Of a stretch of 64,000 bases of DNA, positions 45,993 to 57,999 are shown one piece after another. The notes under the pieces are model-generated. The model saw only the letters and a list, made by a program, of their open reading frames with translations, had not been told where the DNA came from and made no database searches. The position numbers and the translations under genes were made by a program. Origin of the DNA: Escherichia coli (GTDB taxonomy: Bacteria > Pseudomonadota > Gammaproteobacteria > Enterobacterales > Enterobacteriaceae); assembly GCF_003018255.1 (NCBI RefSeq), contig NZ_CP027440.1; one strand, 5' to 3'. Position 1 is the first letter of the stretch; the number at the start of each line of letters is the position of its first letter.

Positions 45993-48257
45993 ATGAAAAT
46001 AACGACAGTCGGCGTATGCATAATTTGCGGAATTTTTCCGTTGCTGATTTTGCCCCAATTGCCTGGGACATTAACCCTTGCGTCTCTGACCGTCTTCGCC
46101 TGCGTACTGGTATTTATCCCTTTTAAAACTGTCCGTTATATCGCGCTGACGTTGCTGTTTTTCGTTTGGGGCATATTAGCAGCAAAGCAAATTTTGTGGG
46201 CAGGAGAAACCTTAACTGGCGCGACGCAGGATGCAATTGTTGAGATCACTGCTACTGACGGTATGACCACTCATTACGGTCAAATTACTCATCTACAAGG
46301 TCGACGTATATTCCCTGCGCCAGGCCTCGTGCTGTATGGCGAATATCTTCCGCAAGCGGTTTGTGCTGGACAACTGTGGTCAATGAAACTCAAAGTTCGT
46401 GCAGTTCATGGTCAACTTAATGATGGCGGCTTTGATAGCCAGCGTTATGCCATTGCCCAGCATCAGCCGCTCACCGGCCGCTTTCTGCAGGCAAGTGTCA
46501 TTGAACCGAATTGTAGCCTGCGTGCACAGTATCTGGCGTCACTACAAACAACGCTGCAACCCTATATGTGGAACGCGGTTATTCTTGGTTTAGGTATGGG
46601 GGAACGGTTATCCGTTCCCAAAGAAATCAAAAATATCATGCGCGATACTGGAACGGCGCATTTAATGGCGATATCGGGATTGCATATCGCTTTTGCGGCG
46701 TTGCTGGCTGCCGGACTCATTCGCGGTGGGCAAGTTTTTCTGCCTGGGCGCTGGATCCACTGGCAAATGCCATTAATTGGCGGAATCTGCTGTGCTGCTT
46801 TTTATGCCTGGCTGACTGGGATGCAACCTCCTGCATTGCGTACCGTGGTGGCGCTTGCCATGTGGGGAATGCTTAAGTTAAGTGGGCGACAATGGAGTGG
46901 CTGGGATGTATGGATATGTTGTCTGGCGGCAATTTTGCTGATGGATCCTGTTGCCATTCTCTCGCAAAGTTTATGGCTCTCTGCCGCTGCGGTCGCGGCA
47001 CTGATTTTTTGGTACCAGTGGTTTCCCTGTCCGGAGTGGCAACTGCCGCCGGTATTGCGTGCAGTTGTTTCCCTCATTCATTTACAACTGGGAATCACAC
47101 TCCTGCTTATGCCCGTGCAAATCGTCATATTTCATGGCATTAGTCTGACCTCGTTTATTGCAAATCTATTTGCAATTCCCCTGGTGACATTTATCACGGT
47201 TCCGTTGATCCTCGCCGCGATGGTTGCGCATTTAAGCGGGCCGTTTATTCTGGAACAAGGGTTATGGTTTCTTGCCGACCGGTCTTTGGCTTTACTTTTC
47301 TGGGGGTTAAAGAGTTTGCCGGAAGGGTGGATCAACATTGCTGAACGTTGGCAATGGCTAACATTTTCCCCATGGTTCTTACTGGTGGTATGGCGATTAA
47401 ACGCCTGGCGAACGTTGCCAGCAATGTGTGTGGCTGTAGGCTTGCTGATGTGCTTGCCGCTGTGGCAAAAACCTCGACCTGACGAGTGGCAAGTGTACAT
47501 GCTTGATGTCGGGCAAGGGCTGGCAATGGTCATTGCGCGAAACGGCAAAGCGATTCTCTATGACACGGGACTGGCCTGGCCCGAAGGGGATAGTGGGCAA
47601 CAACTGATTATCCCCTGGCTCCACTGGCATAATCTTGAACCGGAAGGCGTTATTTTGAGTCATGAACATCTGGATCACCGGGGAGGGCTGGACTCAATAT
47701 TGCACACATGGCCGATGTTATGGATCCGAAGTCAGTTAAACTGGGAACATCATCAGCCCTGTGTGCGTGGCGAAGCGTGGCAATGGCAAGGATTGCGTTT
47801 CAGCGCGCACTGGCCTTTACAAGGTAGCAACGATAAAGGAAATAACCATTCCTGTGTGGTTAAGATTGATGACGGGACGAATAGCATTCTTCTAACCGGT
47901 GATATTGAAGCCCCCGCTGAACAAAAGATGCTAAGCCGTTACTGGCAGCAAATGCAGGCAACATTACTTCAGGTACCTCACCATGGCAGTAATACCTCAT
48001 CATCGTTGCCATTAATTCAGCGAGTGAATGGAAAAGTGGCACTCGCATCGGCATCGCGCTATAACGCATGGCGACTGCCCTCAAGCAAAGTTAAACATCG
48101 CTATCAACAACAGGGTTATAAGTGGCTTGATACTCCACATCAGGGTCAAATAACGGTCAATTTTTCAGCGCAAGGCTGGCGGATTAGCAGCCTCAGAGAG
48201 CAAATTTTACCTCGTTGGTATCATCAGTGGTTTGGCGTGCCAGTGGATAACGGGTAG
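45993..48257 (+). CDS. ycaI: ComEC-family inner membrane protein (competence-like channel with metallo-beta-lactamase domain)
   Basis: 754 aa from MKITTVGVCIICGIFPLL; ATG 45993 with RBS agggagggg; HEHLDHRGG motif. Confidence 0.85.
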   Translation: MKITTVGVCIICGIFPLLILPQLPGTLTLASLTVFACVLVFIPFKTVRYIALTLLFFVWGILAAKQILWAGETLTGATQDAIVEITATDGMTTHYGQITHLQGRRIFPAPGLVLYGEYLPQAVCAGQLWSMKLKVRAVHGQLNDGGFDSQRYAIAQHQPLTGRFLQASVIEPNCSLRAQYLASLQTTLQPYMWNAVILGLGMGERLSVPKEIKNIMRDTGTAHLMAISGLHIAFAALLAAGLIRGGQVFLPGRWIHWQMPLIGGICCAAFYAWLTGMQPPALRTVVALAMWGMLKLSGRQWSGWDVWICCLAAILLMDPVAILSQSLWLSAAAVAALIFWYQWFPCPEWQLPPVLRAVVSLIHLQLGITLLLMPVQIVIFHGISLTSFIANLFAIPLVTFITVPLILAAMVAHLSGPFILEQGLWFLADRSLALLFWGLKSLPEGWINIAERWQWLTFSPWFLLVVWRLNAWRTLPAMCVAVGLLMCLPLWQKPRPDEWQVYMLDVGQGLAMVIARNGKAILYDTGLAWPEGDSGQQLIIPWLHWHNLEPEGVILSHEHLDHRGGLDSILHTWPMLWIRSQLNWEHHQPCVRGEAWQWQGLRFSAHWPLQGSNDKGNNHSCVVKIDDGTNSILLTGDIEAPAEQKMLSRYWQQMQATLLQVPHHGSNTSSSLPLIQRVNGKVALASASRYNAWRLPSSKVKHRYQQQGYKWLDTPHQGQITVNFSAQGWRISSLREQILPRWYHQWFGVPVDNG

Positions 48258-48293
48258 AATATGCGGCTATTTCAACAAATGCTGGTTTTTTGA

Positions 48294-50042
48294 ATGCATA
48301 ACGACAAAGATCTCTCTACGTGGCAGACATTCCGCCGACTGTGGCCAACCATTGCGCCTTTTAAAGCGGGTCTGATCGTGGCGGGCGTAGCGTTAATCCT
48401 CAACGCAGCCAGCGATACCTTCATGTTATCGCTCCTTAAGCCACTTCTTGATGATGGCTTTGGTAAAACAGATCGCTCCGTGCTGATGTGGATGCCGCTG
48501 GTGGTGATCGGGCTGATGATTTTACGTGGTATCACCAGCTATATCTCCAGCTACTGTATCTCCTGGGTATCAGGAAAGGTGGTAATGACTATGCGTCGCC
48601 GCCTGTTTGGTCACATGATGGGAATGCCGGTTTCATTCTTTGACAAACAGTCAACGGGTACGCTGTTGTCACGTATCACCTACGATTCCGAACAGGTCGC
48701 TTCTTCTTCTTCCGGCGCACTGATTACTGTTGTACGTGAAGGTGCGTCGATCATCGGCCTGTTCATCATGATGTTCTATTACAGTTGGCAACTGTCGATC
48801 ATTTTGATTGTGCTGGCACCGATTGTTTCGATTGCGATTCGCGTTGTATCGAAGCGTTTTCGCAACATCAGTAAAAACATGCAGAACACCATGGGGCAGG
48901 TGACCACCAGCGCCGAACAAATGCTGAAAGGCCATAAAGAAGTATTGATTTTCGGTGGTCAGGAAGTGGAAACGAAACGCTTCGATAAAGTCAGCAACCG
49001 AATGCGTCTTCAGGGGATGAAAATGGTTTCAGCCTCTTCCATCTCTGATCCGATCATTCAGCTGATCGCCTCTTTGGCGCTGGCGTTTGTTCTGTATGCG
49101 GCAAGCTTCCCAAGTGTCATGGATAGCCTGACTGCCGGTACGATTACCGTTGTTTTCTCTTCAATGATTGCACTTATGCGTCCGCTGAAATCGCTGACCA
49201 ACGTTAACGCCCAGTTCCAGCGCGGTATGGCGGCTTGTCAGACGCTGTTTACCATTCTGGACAGTGAGCAGGAGAAAGACGAAGGTAAGCGCGTGATCGA
49301 GCGTGCGACTGGCGACGTGGAATTCCGCAATGTCACCTTTACTTATCCGGGACGTGATGTGCCCGCATTGCGTAACATCAACCTGAAAATTCCGGCAGGG
49401 AAGACGGTTGCTCTGGTTGGACGCTCTGGTTCAGGTAAATCAACCATCGCCAGCCTGATCACGCGTTTTTACGATATTGATGAAGGCGAAATCCTGATGG
49501 ATGGTCACGATCTGCGCGAGTATACCCTGGCGTCGTTACGTAACCAGGTTGCTCTGGTGTCGCAGAATGTCCATCTGTTTAACGATACGGTTGCTAACAA
49601 CATTGCTTACGCACGGACTGAACAGTACAGCCGTGAGCAAATTGAAGAAGCGGCGCGTATGGCCTACGCCATGGACTTCATCAATAAGATGGATAACGGT
49701 CTCGATACAGTGATTGGTGAAAACGGCGTGCTGCTCTCTGGCGGTCAGCGTCAGCGTATTGCTATCGCTCGAGCCTTGTTGCGTGATAGCCCGATACTGA
49801 TTCTGGACGAAGCTACCTCGGCGTTGGATACCGAATCCGAACGTGCGATTCAGGCGGCACTGGATGAGTTGCAGAAAAACCGTACCTCTCTGGTGATTGC
49901 CCACCGCTTGTCTACCATTGAAAAGGCAGACGAAATCGTGGTTGTCGAGGATGGTGTCATTGTGGAACGCGGTACGCATAACGATTTGCTTGAGCACCGT
50001 GGCGTTTACGCGCAACTTCACAAAATGCAGTTTGGCCAATGA
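48294..50042 (+). CDS. msbA: Lipid A ABC flippase MsbA
   Basis: 582 aa; Walker [10 protein letters not shown], signature LSGGQRQR. Confidence 0.95.
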   Translation: MHNDKDLSTWQTFRRLWPTIAPFKAGLIVAGVALILNAASDTFMLSLLKPLLDDGFGKTDRSVLMWMPLVVIGLMILRGITSYISSYCISWVSGKVVMTMRRRLFGHMMGMPVSFFDKQSTGTLLSRITYDSEQVASSSSGALITVVREGASIIGLFIMMFYYSWQLSIILIVLAPIVSIAIRVVSKRFRNISKNMQNTMGQVTTSAEQMLKGHKEVLIFGGQEVETKRFDKVSNRMRLQGMKMVSASSISDPIIQLIASLALAFVLYAASFPSVMDSLTAGTITVVFSSMIALMRPLKSLTNVNAQFQRGMAACQTLFTILDSEQEKDEGKRVIERATGDVEFRNVTFTYPGRDVPALRNINLKIPAGKTVALVGRSGSGKSTIASLITRFYDIDEGEILMDGHDLREYTLASLRNQVALVSQNVHLFNDTVANNIAYARTEQYSREQIEEAARMAYAMDFINKMDNGLDTVIGENGVLLSGGQRQRIAIARALLRDSPILILDEATSALDTESERAIQAALDELQKNRTSLVIAHRLSTIEKADEIVVVEDGVIVERGTHNDLLEHRGVYAQLHKMQFGQ

Positions 50043-51025
50043 TCGAAAAAATCTGGTCTGGTGAATCCCCTTTATGGCGGCTATTGCTGCCACTCTCCTG
50101 GTTGTATGGCCTGGTGAGTGGCGCGATCCGTCTTTGCTATAAACTAAAACTGAAGCGCGCCTGGCGTGCCCCCGTACCGGTTGTCGTGGTTGGTAATCTC
50201 ACCGCAGGCGGCAACGGAAAAACCCCGGTCGTTGTCTGGCTGGTGGAACAGCTGCAACAGCGCGGTATTCGCGTGGGGGTTGTATCGCGGGGATATGGTG
50301 GTAAGGCTGAATCTTATCCGCTGTTATTGTCGGCAGATACCACCACAGCACAGGCGGGTGATGAACCTGTGTTGATTTATCAACGCACTGGCGCGCCTGT
50401 TGCGGTTTCTCCCGTGCGTTCTGACGCGGTAAAAGCCATTCTGGCGCAACACCCTGATGTGCAGATCATCGTAACCGACGATGGTTTACAGCATTATCGT
50501 CTGGCGCGTGATGTGGAAATTGTCGTTATTGATGGTGTGCGTCGCTTTGGCAATGGCTGGTGGTTGCCGGCGGGGCCAATGCGTGAGCGAGCGGGGCGCT
50601 TAAAGTCGGTTGATGCGGTAATCGTCAACGGCGGTGTCCCCCGCAGCGGTGAAATCCCCATGCATCTGCTGCCGGGTCAGGCGGTGAATTTACGTACCGG
50701 TACGCGTTGTGACGTTGCTCAGCTTGAACATGTAGTGGCGATGGCGGGGATTGGACATCCGCCGCGCTTTTTTGCCACGCTGAAGATGTGCGGCGTACAA
50801 CCGGAAAAATGTGTACCGCTGGCCGATCATCAGTCTTTGAACCATGCGGATGTCAGCGCGTTGGTAAACGCCGGGCAAACGCTGGTAATGACTGAAAAAG
50901 ATGCGGTGAAATGCCGGGCCTTTGCCGAAGGAAATTGGTGGTATTTGCCTGTTGACGCACAGCTTTCAGGTGATGAACCAGCGAAACTACTTGCGCAACT
51001 AACCTCGCTGGCTTCTGGCAACTAG
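50039..51025 (+). CDS. lpxK: Tetraacyldisaccharide 4'-kinase
   Basis: 328 aa; ATGA overlap with msbA; P-loop [11 protein letters not shown]. Confidence 0.9.
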   Translation: MIEKIWSGESPLWRLLLPLSWLYGLVSGAIRLCYKLKLKRAWRAPVPVVVVGNLTAGGNGKTPVVVWLVEQLQQRGIRVGVVSRGYGGKAESYPLLLSADTTTAQAGDEPVLIYQRTGAPVAVSPVRSDAVKAILAQHPDVQIIVTDDGLQHYRLARDVEIVVIDGVRRFGNGWWLPAGPMRERAGRLKSVDAVIVNGGVPRSGEIPMHLLPGQAVNLRTGTRCDVAQLEHVVAMAGIGHPPRFFATLKMCGVQPEKCVPLADHQSLNHADVSALVNAGQTLVMTEKDAVKCRAFAEGNWWYLPVDAQLSGDEPAKLLAQLTSLASGN

Positions 51026-51061
51026 TTACGCCGCGGCAGCGTTCGATTGATGGAGTCATGA

Positions 51062-52294
51062 ATGTCGCTGCCGCACCTCTCTCTTGCTGATGCGCGTAAT
51101 CTTCACCTCGCCGCGCAAGGCCTGTTAAACAAACCCCGCCGTCGAGCGTCGTTGGGGGATATTCCGGCAACGATCTCCCGCATGTCCTTGCTGCAAATCG
51201 ATACCATCAATATTGTTGCCCGTAGTCCATATCTGGTGCTTTTCAGTCGTCTGGGAAATTATCCTGCCCAGTGGCTGGATGAGTCTCTGGCGCGTGGCGA
51301 ATTAATGGAATACTGGGCGCATGAAGCCTGCTTTATGCCGCGTAGCGATTTTCGTCTTATTCGCCACCGCATGCTGGCACCTGAAAAAATGGGCTGGAAA
51401 TATAAAGACGCCTGGATGCAGGAACATGCGGCGGAAATTGCACAGTTAATTCAGCATATTCATGATAAGGGGCCAGTACGTTCAGCCGATTTTGAGCATC
51501 CTCGTAAAGGGGCGAGCGGCTGGTGGGAGTGGAAGCCGCATAAACGACATCTGGAAGGTTTATTTACTGCCGGAAAGGTGATGGTGATTGAACGGCGCAA
51601 CTTCCAGCGCGTTTATGATTTAACTCACCGTGTCATGCCTGAGTGGAATGATGAGCGCGATCTCGTTTCGCAAGCAGAAGCAGAAATCATCATGCTGGAT
51701 AACAGTGCGCGTAGCCTGGGTATATTTCGCGAACAGTGGCTGGCAGATTACTACCGGCTAAAACGTCCGGCACTGGCGGCGTGGCGTGAAGCGAGGGCTG
51801 AACAGCAGCAAATCATTGCTGTGCATGTTGAAAAATTGGGCAATCTTTGGCTGCATGCTGATTTGCTGCCGCTACTCGAGCGTGCGCTGGCCGGAAAGCT
51901 CACTGCAACGCACAGCGCGGTACTTTCGCCTTTTGATCCTGTTGTCTGGGATCGCAAACGCGCAGAGCAGCTTTTTGATTTTAGCTACCGGCTGGAGTGC
52001 TATACCCCAGTGCCGAAACGCCAGTATGGCTATTTTGTTCTGCCGTTATTACATCGTGGGCAATTAGTTGGGCGAATGGATGCCAAAATGCATCGCCAGA
52101 CAGGCATCCTTGAAGTTATCTCTCTGTGGTTACAAGAAGGCATTAAACCAACGACAACGCTGCAAAAAGGGTTACGTCAGGCGATTACTGATTTCGCTAA
52201 CTGGCAGCAGGCAACGCGGGTGACATTAGGACGCTGCCCGCAAGGCCTCTTTACTGATTGCCGCGCCGGCTGGGAAATAGACCCCGTCGCATAA
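51062..52294 (+). CDS. ycaQ: Winged-helix DNA glycosylase YcaQ (interstrand crosslink repair)
   Basis: 410 aa; synteny. Confidence 0.85.
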   Translation: MSLPHLSLADARNLHLAAQGLLNKPRRRASLGDIPATISRMSLLQIDTINIVARSPYLVLFSRLGNYPAQWLDESLARGELMEYWAHEACFMPRSDFRLIRHRMLAPEKMGWKYKDAWMQEHAAEIAQLIQHIHDKGPVRSADFEHPRKGASGWWEWKPHKRHLEGLFTAGKVMVIERRNFQRVYDLTHRVMPEWNDERDLVSQAEAEIIMLDNSARSLGIFREQWLADYYRLKRPALAAWREARAEQQQIIAVHVEKLGNLWLHADLLPLLERALAGKLTATHSAVLSPFDPVVWDRKRAEQLFDFSYRLECYTPVPKRQYGYFVLPLLHRGQLVGRMDAKMHRQTGILEVISLWLQEGIKPTTTLQKGLRQAITDFANWQQATRVTLGRCPQGLFTDCRAGWEIDPVA

Positions 52295-52345
52295 ATGATT
52301 ATGATAAGATTTATGCATTCATAACCCGATCCATCTGGAGGAACT

Positions 52346-53271
<926 letters not shown>

Positions 53272-53424
53272 TTTCACTTCACGACACTCCAGCCAATTTT
53301 GGGAGGAGTGTCGTACCGTTACGATTTTCCTCAATTTTTCTTTTCAACAATTGATCTCATTCAGGTGACATCTTTTATATTGGCGCTCATTATGAAAGCA
53401 GTAGCTTTTATGAGGGTAATCTGA

Positions 53425-54318
53425 ATGGAACAGCTGCGTGCCGAATTAAGCCATTTACTGGGCGAAAAACTCAGTCGTATTGAGTGCGTCAATGAAAAAG
53501 CGGATACGGCGTTGTGGGCTTTGTATGACAGCCAGGGAAACCCAATGCCGTTAATGGCAAGAAGCTTTAGTACGCCCGGAAAAGCCCGACAACTGGCATG
53601 GAAAACCACCATGCTGGCAAGAAGTGGGACTGTCCGTATGCCGACTATTTATGGTGTGATGACGCATGAAGAACACCCCGGCCCCGATGTCCTGCTACTG
53701 GAGCGGATGCGTGGTGTTTCGGTGGAGGCACCAGCCCGAACACCAGAACGCTGGGAACAACTCAAAGATCAAATCGTTGAAGCCTTACTGGCCTGGCACC
53801 GTCAGGACAGTCGCGGTTGCGTCGGCGCGGTCGACAATACTCAGGAAAATTTCTGGCCCTCATGGTACCGGCAACATGTTGAAGTGCTATGGACCACGCT
53901 CAATCAGTTCAATAACACCGGTCTAACGATGCAGGATAAGCGGATCCTGTTTCGTACTCGCGAATGTCTCCCGGCATTATTTGAAGGCTTTAACGACAAT
54001 TGTGTGCTGATTCACGGTAACTTCTGTTTACGCAGCATGCTGAAAGATTCGCGCAGCGATCAGTTACTGGCGATGGTCGGGCCGGGACTAATGCTTTGGG
54101 CACCGCGGGAATACGAACTGTTCCGACTAATGGATACTTCTCTGGCGGAAGATTTGCTCTGGAGTTACCTGCAACGCGCGCCAGTGGCGGAGTCGTTCAT
54201 CTGGCGGCGTTGGTTGTATGTGTTATGGGATGAAGTTGCGCAACTGGTTAATACCGGACGATTTAGTCGGCGCAACTTCGATCTGGCATCAAAATCACTC
54301 TTGCCGTGGCTCGCCTGA
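53425..54318 (+). CDS. ycbJ: Putative phosphotransferase/kinase-like protein YcbJ
   Basis: 297 aa; synteny; 3' end overlaps elyC by 24 bp. Confidence 0.8.
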   Translation: MEQLRAELSHLLGEKLSRIECVNEKADTALWALYDSQGNPMPLMARSFSTPGKARQLAWKTTMLARSGTVRMPTIYGVMTHEEHPGPDVLLLERMRGVSVEAPARTPERWEQLKDQIVEALLAWHRQDSRGCVGAVDNTQENFWPSWYRQHVEVLWTTLNQFNNTGLTMQDKRILFRTRECLPALFEGFNDNCVLIHGNFCLRSMLKDSRSDQLLAMVGPGLMLWAPREYELFRLMDTSLAEDLLWSYLQRAPVAESFIWRRWLYVLWDEVAQLVNTGRFSRRNFDLASKSLLPWLA

Positions 54319-55074
54319 CGAACTTTTTAGCCACTGCCAGATACGGCCAAGCGTTTCATAGCCAACACGATCGCTATGCATCAACCAGACCGGAGAAGGG
54401 ATTGCCCGTTCCCACGGGTTAAGCGGCGAGTCGATGGCCAACTGATTCGCCGGGGCTGGCAGCGGATTTAACCCTTCCTGCTGAAAAAAGATCATCGCCC
54501 GCGGCAAATGAGACGCGGATGTCACCAGCAGGAAAGGGGCGTCACCAATCGCCTGTTTCACTGCCGCAGCTTCTTCTTCGGTATCTTTTGGCAAATCCAG
54601 AGTGATAATTTGCTCGCGCGGCACGCCCAGCGATTGCGCAACTCGGGCACCTACTTCGGCTGTACTCACCGTATTGGTTTTTGCTACGCCTCCCGTGAAG
54701 ATCAGTTTTGATCCCGGATTTTCGCGCCATAAGCGAATACCTTCATTCAGGCGGGGCAGACTGTTATTGATTAAATTCGAGCTTGGTGCCCACTGCGGGT
54801 TCCAGGTATAACCACCTCCGAGCACCACGATATAGTCCACTTTTTGCGAATTATTCCATGTCGGATAGGTGCTTTCGATGGGACGCAGCAGGCGGTCGGC
54901 TACCGGTTGCAAACTCAATAACAAGAGCGCCAGCCACCCAATGCTAATAAAAATCTTCCCGGTTTTTTGAAAACGGCTAAACCACAGCAGCGCCAGGCCA
55001 GCGCCAATAATCAACAACATTAGCGGAAGTGGCAGCAACATATTGCCAATCACTTTTTTCAGTGTAAAAAGCAT
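54295..55074 (-). CDS. elyC: Envelope biogenesis factor ElyC (DUF218)
   Basis: 259 aa; N-terminal TM helices; synteny. Confidence 0.8.
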   Translation of the reverse strand: MLFTLKKVIGNMLLPLPLMLLIIGAGLALLWFSRFQKTGKIFISIGWLALLLLSLQPVADRLLRPIESTYPTWNNSQKVDYIVVLGGGYTWNPQWAPSSNLINNSLPRLNEGIRLWRENPGSKLIFTGGVAKTNTVSTAEVGARVAQSLGVPREQIITLDLPKDTEEEAAAVKQAIGDAPFLLVTSASHLPRAMIFFQQEGLNPLPAPANQLAIDSPLNPWERAIPSPVWLMHSDRVGYETLGRIWQWLKSSSGEPRQE

Positions 55075-55209
55075 CCTTTCTGGTTCCTTTTTTAACCATA
55101 TAGCAAGGGATCGCCAGCGATATTACACCAGACGGGTTCATTCTCGCCGTGGCTGTGACAAAATAGCGTCTTTATCAGAAAACGTCTTAGCCAACCGGTG
55201 GAGAAAGCA

Positions 55210-55995
55210 ATGCAGGATCGCAATTTTGATGATATTGCGGAAAAGTTTTCCCGTAACATTTACGGCACCACCAAAGGGCAGCTTCGACAGGCTATTCTGT
55301 GGCAGGATCTCGATCGCGTGCTGGCGGAAATGGGCCCGCAAAAACTGCGTGTGCTGGATGCTGGCGGTGGAGAAGGGCAGACCGCAATCAAAATGGCTGA
55401 GCGCGGGCATCAGGTCATTTTATGCGATCTTTCTGCGCAGATGATCGACCGCGCAAAACAGGCGGCAGAAGCAAAAGGTGTGAGCGACAACATGCAATTT
55501 ATACATTGCGCCGCTCAGGATGTTGCTTCACATTTGGAAACGCCCGTTGATCTGATATTGTTCCATGCGGTGCTCGAGTGGGTGGCCGATCCCCGCAGCG
55601 TATTACAGACCCTGTGGTCAGTGTTGCGTCCAGGCGGTGTGTTGTCGTTAATGTTCTACAATGCGCACGGCTTGCTGATGCATAACATGGTCGCCGGGAA
55701 TTTTGATTACGTGCAGGCGGGAATGCCGAAAAAGAAAAAACGGACGCTTTCGCCAGATTATCCACGCGACCCGGCGCAGGTTTATCTGTGGCTGGAAGAA
55801 GCTGGTTGGCAAATTATGGGTAAGACAGGCGTTCGCGTGTTTCATGATTATCTGCGCGAGAAGCACCAGCAGCGCGACTGCTATGAAGCATTACTTGAAT
55901 TAGAAACGCGTTATTGCCGTCAGGAACCGTATATTACCCTGGGGCGTTATATTCATGTCACCGCGCGCAAACCGCAGAGCAAGGATAAAGTATGA
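55210..55995 (+). CDS. cmoM: tRNA cmo5U34 methyltransferase CmoM (SmtA), SAM-dependent
   Basis: 261 aa from [13 protein letters not shown]; SAM motif VLDAGGGEG; ATGA overlap with mukF. Confidence 0.85.
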
Positions 55996-57314
55996 GTGAA
56001 TTTTCCCAGACAGTCCCCGAACTGGTTGCCTGGGCCAGAAAAAATGACTTCTCCATCTCGCTGCCGGTAGACCGACTCTCTTTTCTGCTGGCGGTTGCCA
56101 CGCTGAACGGCGAGCGTCTGGATGGTGAGATGAGTGAAGGCGAGCTGGTGGATGCATTCCGCCATGTGAGTGATGCGTTTGAGCAAACCAGCGAAACCAT
56201 CGGCGTGCGCGCCAACAACGCGATCAACGACATGGTGCGTCAACGTCTGCTGAACCGCTTTACCAGCGAGCAGGCGGAAGGGAACGCAATTTACCGTCTG
56301 ACGCCGCTCGGCATCGGCATTACTGACTATTACATCCGTCAGCGCGAGTTTTCTACGCTGCGCCTTTCTATGCAGTTGTCGATTGTGGCGGGTGAGCTCA
56401 AACGCGCGGCAGATGCCGCCGAAGAGGGCGGTGATGAATTTCACTGGCACCGTAATGTTTATGCGCCACTGAAATATTCGGTAGCAGAAATTTTCGACAG
56501 TATCGACCTGACGCAACGTCTGATGGACGAACAGCAGCAGCAGGTGAAGGATGATATCGCCCAGTTGTTGAACAAAGACTGGCGGGCGGCGATTTCCAGC
56601 TGTGAATTGTTGCTTTCAGAAACTTCCGGAACGCTGCGTGAATTGCAGGATACGCTGGAAGCGGCAGGCGATAAATTGCAGGCTAATCTGTTGCGCATTC
56701 AGGATGCGACGATGACCCATGACGACCTGCATTTTGTCGATCGTCTGGTGTTCGATCTGCAGAGCAAACTCGACCGTATTATCAGTTGGGGCCAGCAATC
56801 CATAGACTTGTGGATTGGCTACGACCGCCACGTACACAAATTTATCCGTACTGCGATCGATATGGATAAAAACCGCGTCTTTGCTCAGCGGTTACGTCAG
56901 TCGGTACAAACCTATTTTGATGAGCCGTGGGCGCTAACTTATGCCAATGCCGATCGTCTGCTGGATATGCGTGACGAAGAGATGGTACTGCGCGATGAAG
57001 AAGTGACTGGGGAACTTCCTGAGGATCTGGAGTACGAAGAGTTTAACGAGATCCGCGAACAGCTGGCGGCGATCATCGAAGAACAACTTGCCGTGTACAA
57101 AACCAGACAAGTGCCGTTGGATCTTGGTCTGGTGGTACGCGAATATCTGTCACAGTATCCGCGTGCACGTCACTTTGACGTTGCGCGCATTGTTATTGAT
57201 CAGGCGGTACGTCTTGGCGTAGCGCAAGCAGATTTCACCGGACTGCCAGCGAAATGGCAGCCGATTAATGATTACGGAGCCAAGGTACAGGCGCATGTCA
57301 TCGACAAATATTGA
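55992..57314 (+). CDS. mukF: Chromosome partition protein MukF (kleisin)
   Basis: 440 aa; first gene of mukFEB. Confidence 0.95.
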
Positions 57315-57999
57315 ACAAGTGATGCCGGTTAAGCTGGCGCAGGCGCTGGCGAATCCGTTATTTCCGGCGCTGGATAGCGCCTTACGTTCAGGCCGTCATA
57401 TTGGCCTCGACGAACTGGATAATCATGCATTCCTGATGGATTTTCAGGAATATCTGGAAGAGTTTTACGCGCGTTATAACGTTGAGCTTATTCGTGCACC
57501 GGAAGGGTTCTTCTATCTACGCCCACGTTCCACCACGCTGATCCCTCGTTCCGTCTTGTCGGAACTGGATATGATGGTCGGGAAAATCCTCTGTTATCTC
57601 TATCTCAGCCCGGAACGGCTGGCGAATGAGGGGATTTTCACCCAGCAGGAACTGTACGACGAACTGCTCACCCTGGCCGATGAAGCGAAACTGCTGAAAC
57701 TGGTGAACAACCGTTCAACCGGTTCAGACGTTGACCGGCAGAAGTTGCAGGAGAAAGTACGTTCTTCGCTCAACCGTCTGCGTCGTTTGGGTATGGTGTG
57801 GTTTATGGGCCACGACAGCAGCAAGTTCCGCATTACCGAATCGGTGTTCCGCTTCGGAGCCGATGTGCGTGCTGGCGACGATCCCCGTGAAGCACAGCGT
57901 CGCCTGATTCGTGATGGCGAAGCAATGCCGATTGAAAATCATCTGCAACTCAACGATGAAACCGAAGAGAGTCAGCCAGATAGCGGAGAGGAAGAATAA
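57295..57999 (+). CDS. mukE: Chromosome partition protein MukE
   Basis: 234 aa from [16 protein letters not shown]; 20-bp overlap with mukF, TAATG overlap with mukB. Confidence 0.9.
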
